A DNA stretch of 64,000 bases, taken from the NCBI GenBank assembly GCA_963924565.1, contig OZ004608.1, positions 13,764,001 through 13,828,000 of the forward strand, in the 5' to 3' direction. The stretch is from Ascidiella aspersa. Lineage: Eukaryota. Below the pieces are notes generated by a model. It had not been told where the DNA came from and searched no databases. It was given only the letters and a program-made list of their open reading frames with translations. Made by a program: the position numbers and the translations under genes. Positions 27,901 to 38,952 of this stretch are shown here, piece after piece (the stretch's first letter is position 1; each line of letters starts with the position of its first letter).

Positions 27901-29963
27901 AAAAGTTGTTGGCATCACTGCTGATCAAACGATTTATGTGAGAGGTTTTAGGTGTTTTTAAAACGAGGTAATAAAATCTATTTCTACACCAACGTGGTCT
28001 TTCAACGGTATTGCTTCTTGCTAGAATTGCAAATACAGCAGGCTGTTCAAAAATGCTTGGAGAAAATGAGATGATAATTTTTGTTTGCAAACCTTTCTGT
28101 AGGGACTTTTGACATCCTCGTAAGATAACATGGAATGGTTGAATCATACATTTTGGTTATTTGTCGTGTTTTTTTGCATTGCTACATATATTCAAAAGTT
28201 TTTGTTTTACATCAAAGTTGTTAGCAAAGCAAAACCACACATTCACAGCGCAAATGTACATTGAAAAATGTGACAGTTTACAGATTTTTAAATCACGACC
28301 TCAAAAGTATTCTGAATTCAAGTTATAATTACACATATTATTGTATAGCCATAGCGCATGAGTTTTGAATGGACCTACCAGTTGAAAATAACTGATATAC
28401 ACATTTGTAGAAATCTAAATGTGTTTGGCAGCAGCAAACGTTTCTAAATATTGCATTGGATACGTTTGCCTACCTTTGCAGGTAAAGTACAGTGTTGTTG
28501 ATAAATTTGAACGACACGGAATCTGGAAGCCACTTGTCCTTCAGGGCGACGAAGCAACAGAGGTCCGAAGCAGGGGAGACGACTAGTTTCGAACCCGCAA
28601 TCGTTGGACTTTGAAGACAAGCAAAGTGCGCAAGATGCTCGTCGGGCACCGACCACCAAAACGGCGGAAGATAGCGAAGAGCAGCGTGGTTTGCGAAGAG
28701 CGGATCAACATCGGCAAGAGGACATCGTTCCAACGAGAACAAGGCCGCTTTGTGAACCATAATATACATTTTAACTGAATCCCAGATGGTGCTAAAATTT
28801 AATGCCGCCTTATTGTCAACGAACACTAATTGGTAGCGTTACTTTAGTTAACTTGCGCTTAGGTGCTTCCAGGAAAGGTTTAAAATGGCGACCGATGCGC
28901 ATTGTAATTTCTGAAGTGGAATAAAACTGTGGCTGGCAAAACTGCGCGTCCAGTTTTAACACTTAATATTCGGTATTACTATAACCAGCGTACAACGTAA
29001 GTAACGTACATATCGTTCTGGTTTCCTAATTCAAGTTGTAATTACCCCTGTGAAAATGATACTGCAAAATATAATTTTAAACAAACATTTTTGACTTCAT
29101 TTTGTGTAGGCACAAAGATATTCATTGGAATAGTTTCGTCAAAATACAAACCCAGCATTGGTCCGCAGCAGTTGTTTTAACTCGATTAAATTAACCAGGT
29201 TGAGTTTAGTAATTAGCATCTTACCTTGGAGAGTATTGGACGCAATCAAGGACCCATCTTCGTCCAAGGCCCAGCGTACATTCGGGGATTTAATCGACAC
29301 GAGTTCAACTAAATCTTTACAAAAATATTTGCAATATTAAACGTAAAACTTGACTAGCAAAATATTAAACGTAAACCCTGAATACCCTAATTCCAGTATT
29401 AAAGCGGTTTGGAATGAAGTAGGAATATTAAAAACCATTTAGGAAACATTTTGAACGCTTCAACTATAGCTTTTTATTTGTTTTCAAAACTAAAACGGAG
29501 TTGCGTTCCGGGACGGGACAAGATAAAAGAATCATTGCCGAAACTGCTTGGCGGTAAAACATATTTAGTTTGGACACGGCCGTGTCCCAAAATTATATTG
29601 TTTGACAATTTTTGTCAGTTGATTGCCAAAACACGTTAGCGTTTAAAAATTATGAAACATTCGTAATGCATTATAGCCAATGTCGGAAACACAAGGCGAT
29701 TTATTTTTCTGCTAGTGTCAGTTTTAAGGAATCCATCGTTTTGCAAACACAAAATAAAAATAACAAAGTACCTAGTTAATCCTTTTAACGGTTATCTGGG
29801 CATTTTTGGTTTACCCTTAACAATTTAATAGGCCGAATACGGACTGTGCACAAATAAAGAAATACTTACCACGGCGTTGGCAAATAGACGATTGCGGAAC
29901 GTCGATTGTTGCGCTTAATTGCACTAAAAGAACAACTGCAGTAATCTGGGCTATGAGTTTCAT
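9990..29963 (-). CDS. Large multi-exon secreted or cell-surface mosaic protein (signal peptide, AbfB-like, C-type lectin, pentraxin/LamG, PKD-like and CARDB-like repeats), polycystin-1/REJ-like in style; 3' end not seen, probably extends past the left edge
   Basis: Exon 1 (29963-29870) encodes MKLIAQITAVVLLVQLSATIDVPQ. A largely phase-consistent GT-AG exon chain follows at about 29225, 28475, 27740, 27287 and 26380 (C-type lectin: AEESCRDLGAQVF, VWLGL, YKWLKG, CV..W....C....YVLC), 25655, 25081, 24700, 24060 and 23153 (pentraxin-like: GHWYHLCF, VTVNG, INIWSQALSVQEI), 22540, 22138, 21645, 21290, 20245, 19830, 19395, 18725 (PKD-like VTWTIGDG), 17360, 16870, 16275, 15518, 14895, 14287, 13510, 12755, 10847 and 9995. 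Confidence 0.8.
11256..12310. mobile_element. hAT/Charlie-type non-autonomous transposon with a nested insertion
   Basis: TIRs CAGGGGCGGGCAACT and AGTTGCCCGCCCATG, subterminal GGCCCGC motifs, and a perfect 8-bp TSD CTCTAGAC (11248-11255 and 12311-12318). Confidence 0.92.
11430..12040. mobile_element. Foldback-like interspersed repeat, copy 1 (nested in the hAT element)
   Basis: GGAATAA-type subrepeats in the left arm, inverted TTATTCC-type subrepeats in the right arm, and a CCCTAA(A)CCC core; homologous to 41030-41660. Boundaries approximate. Confidence 0.7.
16124..16161 (+). ncRNA. Degenerate minimal hammerhead ribozyme motif
   Basis: GATA-CTGACGA-T-CCTC[GTAT]GAGT-GAAA-TATA-TT-TATC: 4-bp stem I and palindromic stem III, but the G10.1-C11.1 pair is lost. 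Confidence 0.45.
18983..19249. mobile_element. hAT-type MITE
   Basis: TIRs CAGTGCTCCCCAACC and GGTTGGGAAGCACTG; TSD GTTTACAC/ATTTACAG (6 of 8 match). Confidence 0.8.
20855..21258. mobile_element. MITE of the AAGTC/GACTT-subrepeat family (reverse copy of 47762-48140)
   Basis: Many GACTT(GA) units; ends in TTTACAACACTG; homologous to 47762-48140. Confidence 0.75.
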
Positions 29964-30757
29964 CTTCTCTACGATTCAAATTTGGAAGGCTTCCATAACT
30001 TTGGTAAAACTACACAAGGCGTCGCAATAAGCGAATCCGAATAAAACGAAAATTTAACCCTGTCGCTTGGCTCCATAGCCCCCAATTTAATTGGGTCCCA
30101 ATGAATGGGTCCTCATTTATTATTGATGAAACTTGGAGGGCGACGTAATAGAAAAGGGTTGTCGCGAACGAAGAAAGCGATTAATAGTCAGATGTAAAAT
30201 AAACGCGAGGGTAACTAAGGAAATTTCAACATCTATTGTAAGAACGCTTTTTTTTCGCGATGCGCGCAATCAGACCTTACTTCTACGGAATACTCTCGCA
30301 CGAGTTGACTCGAAAACTACAAGTGCTTTTGGTTATTGTTTTACAACATTACTTTGTTACGTCAGCGTAAAATGGATTTTTATTAACATCACTATAAAAA
30401 AAGTTAAATACATATATATAGATATATATATATTAAATAAATCAAATAGCGAAAACACAATCGTGACGTTGTTGCGCTACCTGAATCCCACTGTTCTGGG
30501 AGACTCGATATTAATTTGATAAATCTATGTTGTTTGATAGAAAGTTAAATTTACTTGCAAATGCGTCATATTGTAGGTACTCGCCGTTTATATTTAATAA
30601 GTCCTGGTGAAAAACTATTGTAGACTATATAAGTAATGGCATAAAAAAACATTTGGATGTACCTTCGGAAAGGCAAAGTAAAAAAATCGGTAACACCACG
30701 GCACACTTTTCATGGTCTCGCTGCAAACCGATTGCGAAGCACAGCTTTATGGGACCC

Positions 30758-31210
30758 TAGTGGTCGGCAAAACCGTGGGCCGCAGAGCCATATTTACTGG
30801 GCCGCAAGTTACTTTTAAATAATTTAGTGTTATCATTTATAGTTGTGGGCCGTGTGATAGCCGTACACTCATTGAACTTTATTTTAAAAGTTGGTGTGTC
30901 ATAGAATCTTTAAATTGGTTCAGCTTGGGAAGGCTCACGTGCCAAATATGGTTCTGAGAGCCTGTCGAACTAAATCATTTTATAACTTTAGCAATATGTA
31001 ATTGAAAAAACGATATTCTCCGTTTTATAATATGCTTTACATTATGGTGTAGCAGAGTTTTGGGCATTAAGGCGCCGTGTAATATTTCACCTTAAAATCA
31101 AATATCCTGAATACGCCACTATTTTCGTACTGGTTTTACGTAGTGGGCCTTTAATAGCTCTTAAAAGAGTACTTTGGGCCGCGGCAAAAAAAGTTTGCCT
31201 ACCAAAGCCT
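30758..31210. mobile_element. hAT-type MITE, degenerate
   Basis: TAGTGGTCGGCAAA ... TTTGCCTACC ends and GGGCCGC subterminal motifs; the right end is shared with 59545-59610. Confidence 0.55.
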
Positions 31211-31968
31211 TAACTAGTCAGCTAAAAAGACGTTGGACGCAGTCAGCAAATAGTTGCACGTAGCAATGGGATAACTTGCCCAGGGCGATTTATAAGTTAT
31301 AAAAGTGCTGTTTTATTGAAATTGTACCGAATCTACTTCTTTAGTTCTTGAAAAGGATTAACTGCTGTAGGCTATATCCTTCGTATACTTCTGTTAGTTG
31401 TATTGCCCAACTTTTAATCCGGTTTGCACTTTGGCAAGGAATATAATCGGTAAAATCAATACGTTTGTTAAATTAATGACTGTGGTGGTCTGCCCCTCGC
31501 TATATACACTTGATTTGCCTATGTCAGGCATATTAATTGGACTAACCGACCCGCGGGAATTAAGTATCACTTGTCGAAATAACGAAACACAATTAAATGC
31601 TTTGGAAAACAATAAATGTTTCACGAAATATTTGAACAATGGGACACTAATGATAACATGTATATATTTTTTGATCCATAATAGTTGTGCTAGTTCTGTT
31701 TTTGTTAATAATTGAAAGTGAATCATCTCAATAAACCAGACCGGACAATGAAAATATTAATAGAGAAGATGAAGCAGTATGGTTAGCTTTAATATTAAAA
31801 TGTAATTTTATTCACGACCAAATCATAGTTTTCTGGATTAATTGCTCGTTTGTGTCCCACGCCATAAAAAGTTTTGCTAGTCCTTGCCTATGTCCACACC
31901 TGACTTCGTTTTGCTTAGTGATTTTGATAAAGCACCAAAACAAAATAATAACTTGCATTGCCTTTTAG

Positions 31969-34412
31969 AGTTAGACGATCAACCAATGGTGGTTACTCCT
32001 TTACTCAGTGCTTAATTCGATAGCAACAGAGCAATTTTTACCTACGCCGCTCTCGGAGATCTTGTTTCCAGACACCGCAATGTATGCCGTTTTCAGGTAA
32101 ACTCAATGTTTCGTGTTTAAATTTTTTTGGTAATTATATTTGGAAGAATTAATTTGAATTATACCAATAAAATTTTACCATGGTTGAATTTGCCAGTTTG
32201 GCACACGTTCCACGTAAACGCGATTTACTTTTTCTTTTACCGGTGGCGGGAGGCGAGCATTTTAAGTCTTACGAGAAGTTTGACAAAATGAACGCGAGAC
32301 TAAGTTTATAGCGGCTGCAGTTATACTCCTTCTTTCTCAAATTAAACAGAACTATAACTTAAATATGTGATTAGCTTGTTTCAAACCATGTGGGTGGCAG
32401 CAGTAACACAAGAAAAGGTTTCGAACCATTGTTCCAGAGGTTATGTATAAACAAAACAAGTAAAATATAAATATAAACCAAAAACTGTTCGGTATGAACT
32501 ATCAATGAAAAACGAAAAGGATTTTAGTCTTGTCAAACAAGACTGATAATGTCAGCGTTGTGCAACCTTATATGTATATGCTGACTGGCCAAATATGCGG
32601 GTCCAGATAAGGCCGCATAAACTTTTTCTTTTTATCCACTTTATGTGGTGACTATCCGTAAAAAATAAGACAATTTAATTGTTGTGAACCAAACTAAAAC
32701 TTTTTAAATCGTATTAACGAGGGCTTGCTATTTCAAAGAAAGCAACGACATTTTGTAAGAGATAACATTTTTTCTAAGAGAGCAACGACCAATTGAAAAA
32801 AAACGTGTTCTCGTTCATGGTGACTATGCAGATAAAAAGCTGGTCACAATGACTGTGCGTTTTATATTTTTGTTCAAGGGACCATGAAAAAAAAAAAAAA
32901 AAAACACATAGACAGTGTTTTTTGGGGGAGACCGAAACGGTCCAAATTTCTCAAGCGGTTTCCCCCAAAATAATACATAATTCGTTTAAGCAAATATGGC
33001 TATTTTTTGGTATTTAAATGAAACACTTGCGGTCTCTTAAAACTACTTAGCGGTCACCCAAACCAAACCTTAAAAAAAACCTGACCATAGGTATTTGGGT
33101 GTTTATTTTGTTTTTATAAATGGTAGTAACCCAGAAAGTTAAGTCGAAAATCGAGTTCTAACATAGCTACGCGTCAAACATCCAGTTAAAATATTTTTTT
33201 CTTTCATTCCTCGAATTATCAGTCTAAACAAGTTAAGATTCATTATTACAAATCTATTACCGTGAACAGGATTCATGGCCAGCCTGTAGAATTAATAAAA
33301 GTCAGGCCCTAAAGATCACAAAAGTTATCCACCCTGATTTACAACATGATACTGACTTGTCGCAGCGCTTCATCCATCTCGAGTTAATGAACGGTGACAG
33401 CCGCACCTCGTCCAACTTCGCTTTCGCAGTGTCGGCCAACAACAGGGCCTCGGCGCCCTTCGCGGCCAACTGTGAGCCCGCTCCCTGCATTGACCTCCTG
33501 CCCGTCTTCTCGGTCGAACCCGCACGCCGCTCGGGACAAATGTTCGACGTCGATTTTTCGCTCGACGTCAACGTGATATTCAGCGACGAAAGGTAAAGGG
33601 TTCGGACGGATTTATTTGTGTATTTGTTTGTCGGGTCTCCCAAATCAAATTCACAAACAATGCTTTGTTTTCGTTGAGAAACTGTTATTTTTTCGTATAC
33701 CGCATGTTAAACCTGGTAGCCTAAGCTGGTCGTTTTGCCCTTAGGTTTTTTCCTTAATTTTCAAACTATACATATTTTGTATTTTTTTGTTTTTAACAAT
33801 AAATAAAGAGTTTTTGTAAAAAAATATAAATATAGAATAATAACAATTTTCGAGTAAAAAAACGCCTATCCGAATTTAATCATATTGTGGCATTAAACTT
33901 TCATCAAGAAATAATTTTTTGGTGTTTAGTTATTTTTAAGTCATTAAAAACTTATTTTTTAAATATTTTTATTTTTTAAATATAAATTTGCTATTTTCTA
34001 AATATTTTTATTTATTTTCTAAATATCATTAAGCCTAAAATCTCATCGAGAAATGTAATTGTTTGGTGTTTAATCTGTCACGAAACACTTATTTCTAAAA
34101 TATTTGAACCTTATGCAAATGGTCATCCAGTTCCGTCCACTAATTGCAGTCAAGCATAAAACGAATGGGCTTGCTAATATTACATGTGACATGTTTCTCT
34201 TTAGCCTACGGCTGCCCTCGTTGGAAAATGCTCCCGAACACTTGGTCAATTTCGACACGTCGTTTAGTCTGGCGCAAAACGAGTTTATGGACACCACCTC
34301 CCCCATAAACTATTAACTCTCGCCCACCGACCGAGCTCAACTGCGACGTTCGGTCGGCTCCAGTGGAACGCTTCTTTGGTTCAAGGGGGTGCTGGAAATA
34401 TCCGAGACCGAC
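31969..34412 (+). pseudogene. Three-exon gene fragment encoding CARDB-like repeats related to the neighbouring minus-strand gene, with two in-frame TAA stops
   Basis: Phase-consistent exons 31969-32096, 33306-33592 and 34205-34412, the last two clearly GC-richer than their flanks. TAA at 32013-32015 and 34314-34316, with the reading frame continuing on both sides. Confidence 0.6.
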
Positions 34413-34704
34413 GTAATATGGCGGTGCTGCACAGGACACACCAAAAACGTTGAATTAATAGTTCTAGTAACCGTAATTTTCTTTCTAAGCCGTACGTTTT
34501 TGGTATTATTAGTAGGTCTACTAAATTTTAGATGGTGCCTGAAAAATTACATACTATTGCGGTATTATATTCAGGTTAACAACTTTGGTTTCTACTGAAA
34601 TTCCGTGAAACGAATAGATTTAATTTATCCAAAGATCATATGTTCAAGTGAACAGTCAAAATAATTGCACTCCGAAATATTTATTATAAGAATATTCAAA
34701 GCGT

Positions 34705-34920
34705 AAAAAAGAATGTAGTCGCAAACTATATACGGATATTTTAAAGGTACAATTTCCTTCAAAAGAAGAAATCTTGTCGACATGCCGACTTGCCGAATAA
34801 TAGGTTAAAAAATAATGTAGTCGCAAACTATACATACGAATAATTTAAAGGTGAAATTCCCTTTGAAAGAAATAATCTTTTCGACTTCGACCGAAATTTA
34901 ACTTGCCAAATAATAAGTTT
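34705..34920 (+). repeat. Imperfect tandem duplication of about 105 bp
   Basis: AATGTAGTCGCAAACTATA...AAATCTT.TCGAC...ACTTGCC.AATAATA occurs twice. Confidence 0.75.
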
Positions 34921-35249
34921 CTGAAGCGGTCGTGCCTCAGGTTTTTTCATAGTTTGTGAAACATTTGTTTAGACCGATTCAGCCAGAAAACATAACGATT
35001 TCGGAACTAACTTTGTTCCTGCGGAAGAAATCGAGAACAATAATGAGAACACAATGCAAATTCCGATAAGAGACCATATCCAGAAAACTCTTGTGCGCTT
35101 TTGGTTGACGATGTTTTGAAAAGCGCTAAGCAGATACAGTCGATTTGTTGTCCGCGTCCAAGCAATGATTTGGAATGAAAACGTAAAGAGTTTCATGTTA
35201 GGCGGAGAACAGGCCAGCTCAGATATGTCGACAAACTTGAAACTGGAAT

Positions 35250-37873
35250 CTAAACATTGAGGTTTGTGTTCAAGGTCACGACACGGTTGCGTTTCGCGTT
35301 GTAGAAATTCTTCAAACGTTGACATGCACCTGCGATTGAAAAAGTGTTACGTGCTGGTTTAATATTAAAGCTGCATACGGGATTTAGGCGTTTTCAAATT
35401 AAAATTGCCTAAACTGGGAAGAATATGTTTAATTGAAAAGTTATTAGTTAAAAACAAAAACAAATTTTGAACATTATTTTTGACAATGATCATTAACCAC
35501 AAAGAAAATCGGCCGGTCAAATTTCCCAAATATAAAGGCGATCGCCTTCAAAATTAAACGGGTATGCCAATTTTCTTACCTAAAGGCGTCTCGACTGAGT
35601 CAGTTTGTGGTTCGGGTGCAGCAGCTTGCCTTTCAACGTCGTCAGCGACTCCCAATTTCTCTCGATACAGTTTCAGCAGACTGTAAGAAGTAAGACCCTT
35701 TCTCGCTGAAAAAAAACAACAAAACAATCGCGTTAGCTCGACTGGTGCTGAAATGTTCTAGAAAACTTTACATTATTCAGAAAAAATGCTAAATCCAAAA
35801 AATATTTAAAGAAGTCCTTTAACAGTTATCGTTTTCTAAACAAAACAGTTACAACAAAAGGGTTTTACAAGCTTTCCTAGACCGTGACGTATATGTAGCC
35901 TACTTACCCAAGTATGTATGATACTTGAGAAGCCACGAAAGGTAACCAGTTACACCCAAGAGCGAAGCAATCGTAATTCCAAGAATAATCTGCACAGTGA
36001 GGCGACCGCTAACGTTCCTCCAGTAAAAATCTAAAAAATAATCTTTATAACGCTGTGTTTGTAAACGCGTCATTTAGAAATATTGATCCACTTTAATAAA
36101 GGTCATCTTTAATAAAAAAAAAACTGTTTTGCGCTACATTCTTACCGGATGCAAGTTTGTTGTCTTCTAGTAAAGTGTTGGCAAACACAAAAGCGGAAGA
36201 AGCAATCATCATTACATTAGCGACTGCCCACGAAATCAGCATGGCGTAATAACTCCTGAAAAAAAAAAGAATTGTCTTCTTTAGTTTGGGGAAATGAAAG
36301 ATAGAAGTTTAAGGTTGTGCGATATTTTATCTTACCTGTGATTATGGCGTCCAATGCAGTTGTTGATCCAGGGGCAGTGGTGGTCGAAACCAGGAATACA
36401 CTTGTTGCAGTTCTGGCAATGCTTCGTATCAACACTGAAATCGATATAATGAACTCTGTGTAACTAATAAATTTTCCCAGTAAATTAACTGCGCATAGAA
36501 AGCCATCGCAGACTAAACGAATTTGTACAGTTATGCAAGTAAGGCATGCTATAAAAACAACTATAGCCTGCAGTTAGTTTGGAACTCACAACCTCCGGCC
36601 ATACCGATATGTGTTGGTGTATTGTAAACTTTTAATCGTAAGCCGTAGTCGTTTTTAGGACACAGTTATGGAAAACAAAGGCCTATGTGTGTTTATCTTT
36701 CATTAAATTAACTGAGTTAAGACTTTTCTTGCCACTTGTTAGTAAAACTTTGTAAACATATTTTCTATATTATAGAATCTCAAACTTTATTTTTGGTGAT
36801 TATGTAACGAACTGTCAACCATTTTTTTGGATTTGGTGGCAGATAAGCAACTTAAGGAGGCCGCAGCCTACAAAGACTAACCGATGACTTTCTGGTGTAG
36901 TTATACACTACCCTCAAAACCACAAAATCACAGTACTTACACATATGCTTTACAAATGAAGCAGTTATTCCCGGACACCACATGTGGTTGACTGGCAGAC
37001 CGTACGTACTGGGGAATTTGGTGGTCGCTTTTGTAAATTTTCATCTTCAGGCTGTCCATAGTAGGGTCGATCGACGTGATGTAAATAACCAAGGTGACGT
37101 ATACACCAATAATCACGCCAGCAATCTAAATTTAAAGATGTCAAGTTCAATAGATTTCATAAATCTTTTAACGAAAAGCTTTTATAATATTATGGAATGA
37201 TATGTAATAGGCCAAATTACAAAAATCGGAAAGGTATATCTGGGTGAGAATTTAAATGTTAGTATAATATACATTCACAAGCCAAAATCATAGTTACCGC
37301 AGCCAAAGCAGTAGCCCATGCTCCATGTATAGATGGAACCTCAACAGCATACAGGGTTGCAATATTAAAAAGTGCGTACATCCAGCATACAAGCTTTAAA
37401 AAAAAAACTTCAGGAAATAGTTGGGCCTTGGCGATACACACCGTATAGTAGACTTTAATATTAAAATCACAAAATATAATAAAATCAGGTCTACAGACAA
37501 CTATTTCCTTTGCTACGTATATGTATCTATGTGGCTGTTGCGGGTAAAGTCTTCGTGCAATATCCAATACATAATTTTTAACCATCATACCAGTAATATC
37601 CTTAAAATTGTGTGGTTCAATATGTTTAAAGTTTAAATTAAAACCTGTTTTCAATCAAATTATTTGGTGTTACAATACATATATACGCCAATTATGTTTG
37701 TTAGTTATATACATATGCTTAAACGGCCAACAGCTTGATAACCTTCTTCTTAAATTTAATACTTTAATGGTAAATCTGTAATTTACCTGCGGAAATCTTG
37801 GATCAGTCCATCCGTTTCTGCGGACAGAAAACCGCAACTCACTCTTATCACCTAAATCACTCCAGAAACCCAT
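35250..37873 (-). CDS. DHHC palmitoyltransferase, ZDHHC1/ZDHHC11-like (about 8 exons)
   Basis: N-terminal VRRNGW; transmembrane exons; SIDPT; CFICKAYV then [29 protein letters not shown] (exon about 36336-36434); [13 protein letters not shown]; stop TAG at 35250-35252. Confidence 0.9.
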
Positions 37874-38952
37874 TTTGACACAAAATGGTAAAAAATAAGA
37901 TATCTCAGAACACTTTGAACTTGAAATGTATTAGATTTCTACAAAATTACTAGTCTCCTCTCACTATCGCATTTCCCTAAGGAATTAAATCTAATTTTCC
38001 ATTTTTTGGGTATTTTGGTTAAGTCAATTCATGACATCACAATATCTACTATGAACAATAAAGATGTGTTTTAATATGGCCAGAAAACATTTTTTTTGAT
38101 GTGGTATAGTTTTGTGCGTATTTTTTCATATCGGAACAACATGGATTGGCTTCGTTGCAATTTTCAAATTTTATTTTAAACGAGAATTGCTGCAGTTTAA
38201 AACGGCAGCATACTGCTTCTAAATACCTATAATAATTAATAAACAATTGTATGTTTTGCTTTCAAAGAAGGAAGGTTGCCAGTTTTGATCATAAACAACA
38301 CCAACCACAAAGTAAGATTGATAAAGACTCATCATTGACTTGTGTCGTTTCCAGGGCACTGTACTGTCGCCATGAAGTTAAGGAGTGTGAGAAAGTCCCC
38401 TCCTATCTTTTCGATAACTTCTGTGGCTACATAGGTAGTTTAGCTGCGTCAACTCTTTGCAGCTTGGCCTTGTTTATTGTGGCCACCGCCCGGCCCGGCC
38501 GAAAAACTCAAACTATAAGGATTTAAACTCGTAACCGTTGACGCATGGTAATTGTAGAACAACCAAACTGAAATTGCCCAAGATACGTTTTGTGCTTTTC
38601 TCTGTTGTAAGTATTGCTGGAACATAAAAAGGAGGCTAATGTATTTGGGGTAGTTGAAACAAAATGAAGTTATACTGGCAGCTTTTTTCTAGATAGGTTG
38701 TTATGTACAAAATTTATCCAAGACCGATCTATTTTGCGTAGCTCCAAAAATTAGTGTATATTTTTCACCACGTAGAAATTTTATGTTTGTCCATGATATT
38801 TGTCCCTTTGAGTGAATACTCTCAACCGGGGTGAACGTAAAATTGCCTTGTTCGCATTCAAAGTAAATAAAATAACCACAGCACAAATATTTTCGTGTCA
38901 CCCGTGACCAGCGTCACATAGGCCTTTATTTTTCGAAAAGAATGTGTAAAAT

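Noticed and set aside
32013-34316. TAA reassigned or read through (alternative genetic code)
   Set aside because: TAA is the normal stop of ABCB1 (50436) and of the BEL ORF, and conserved exons elsewhere have no in-frame TAA. Pseudogenisation is the simpler explanation.
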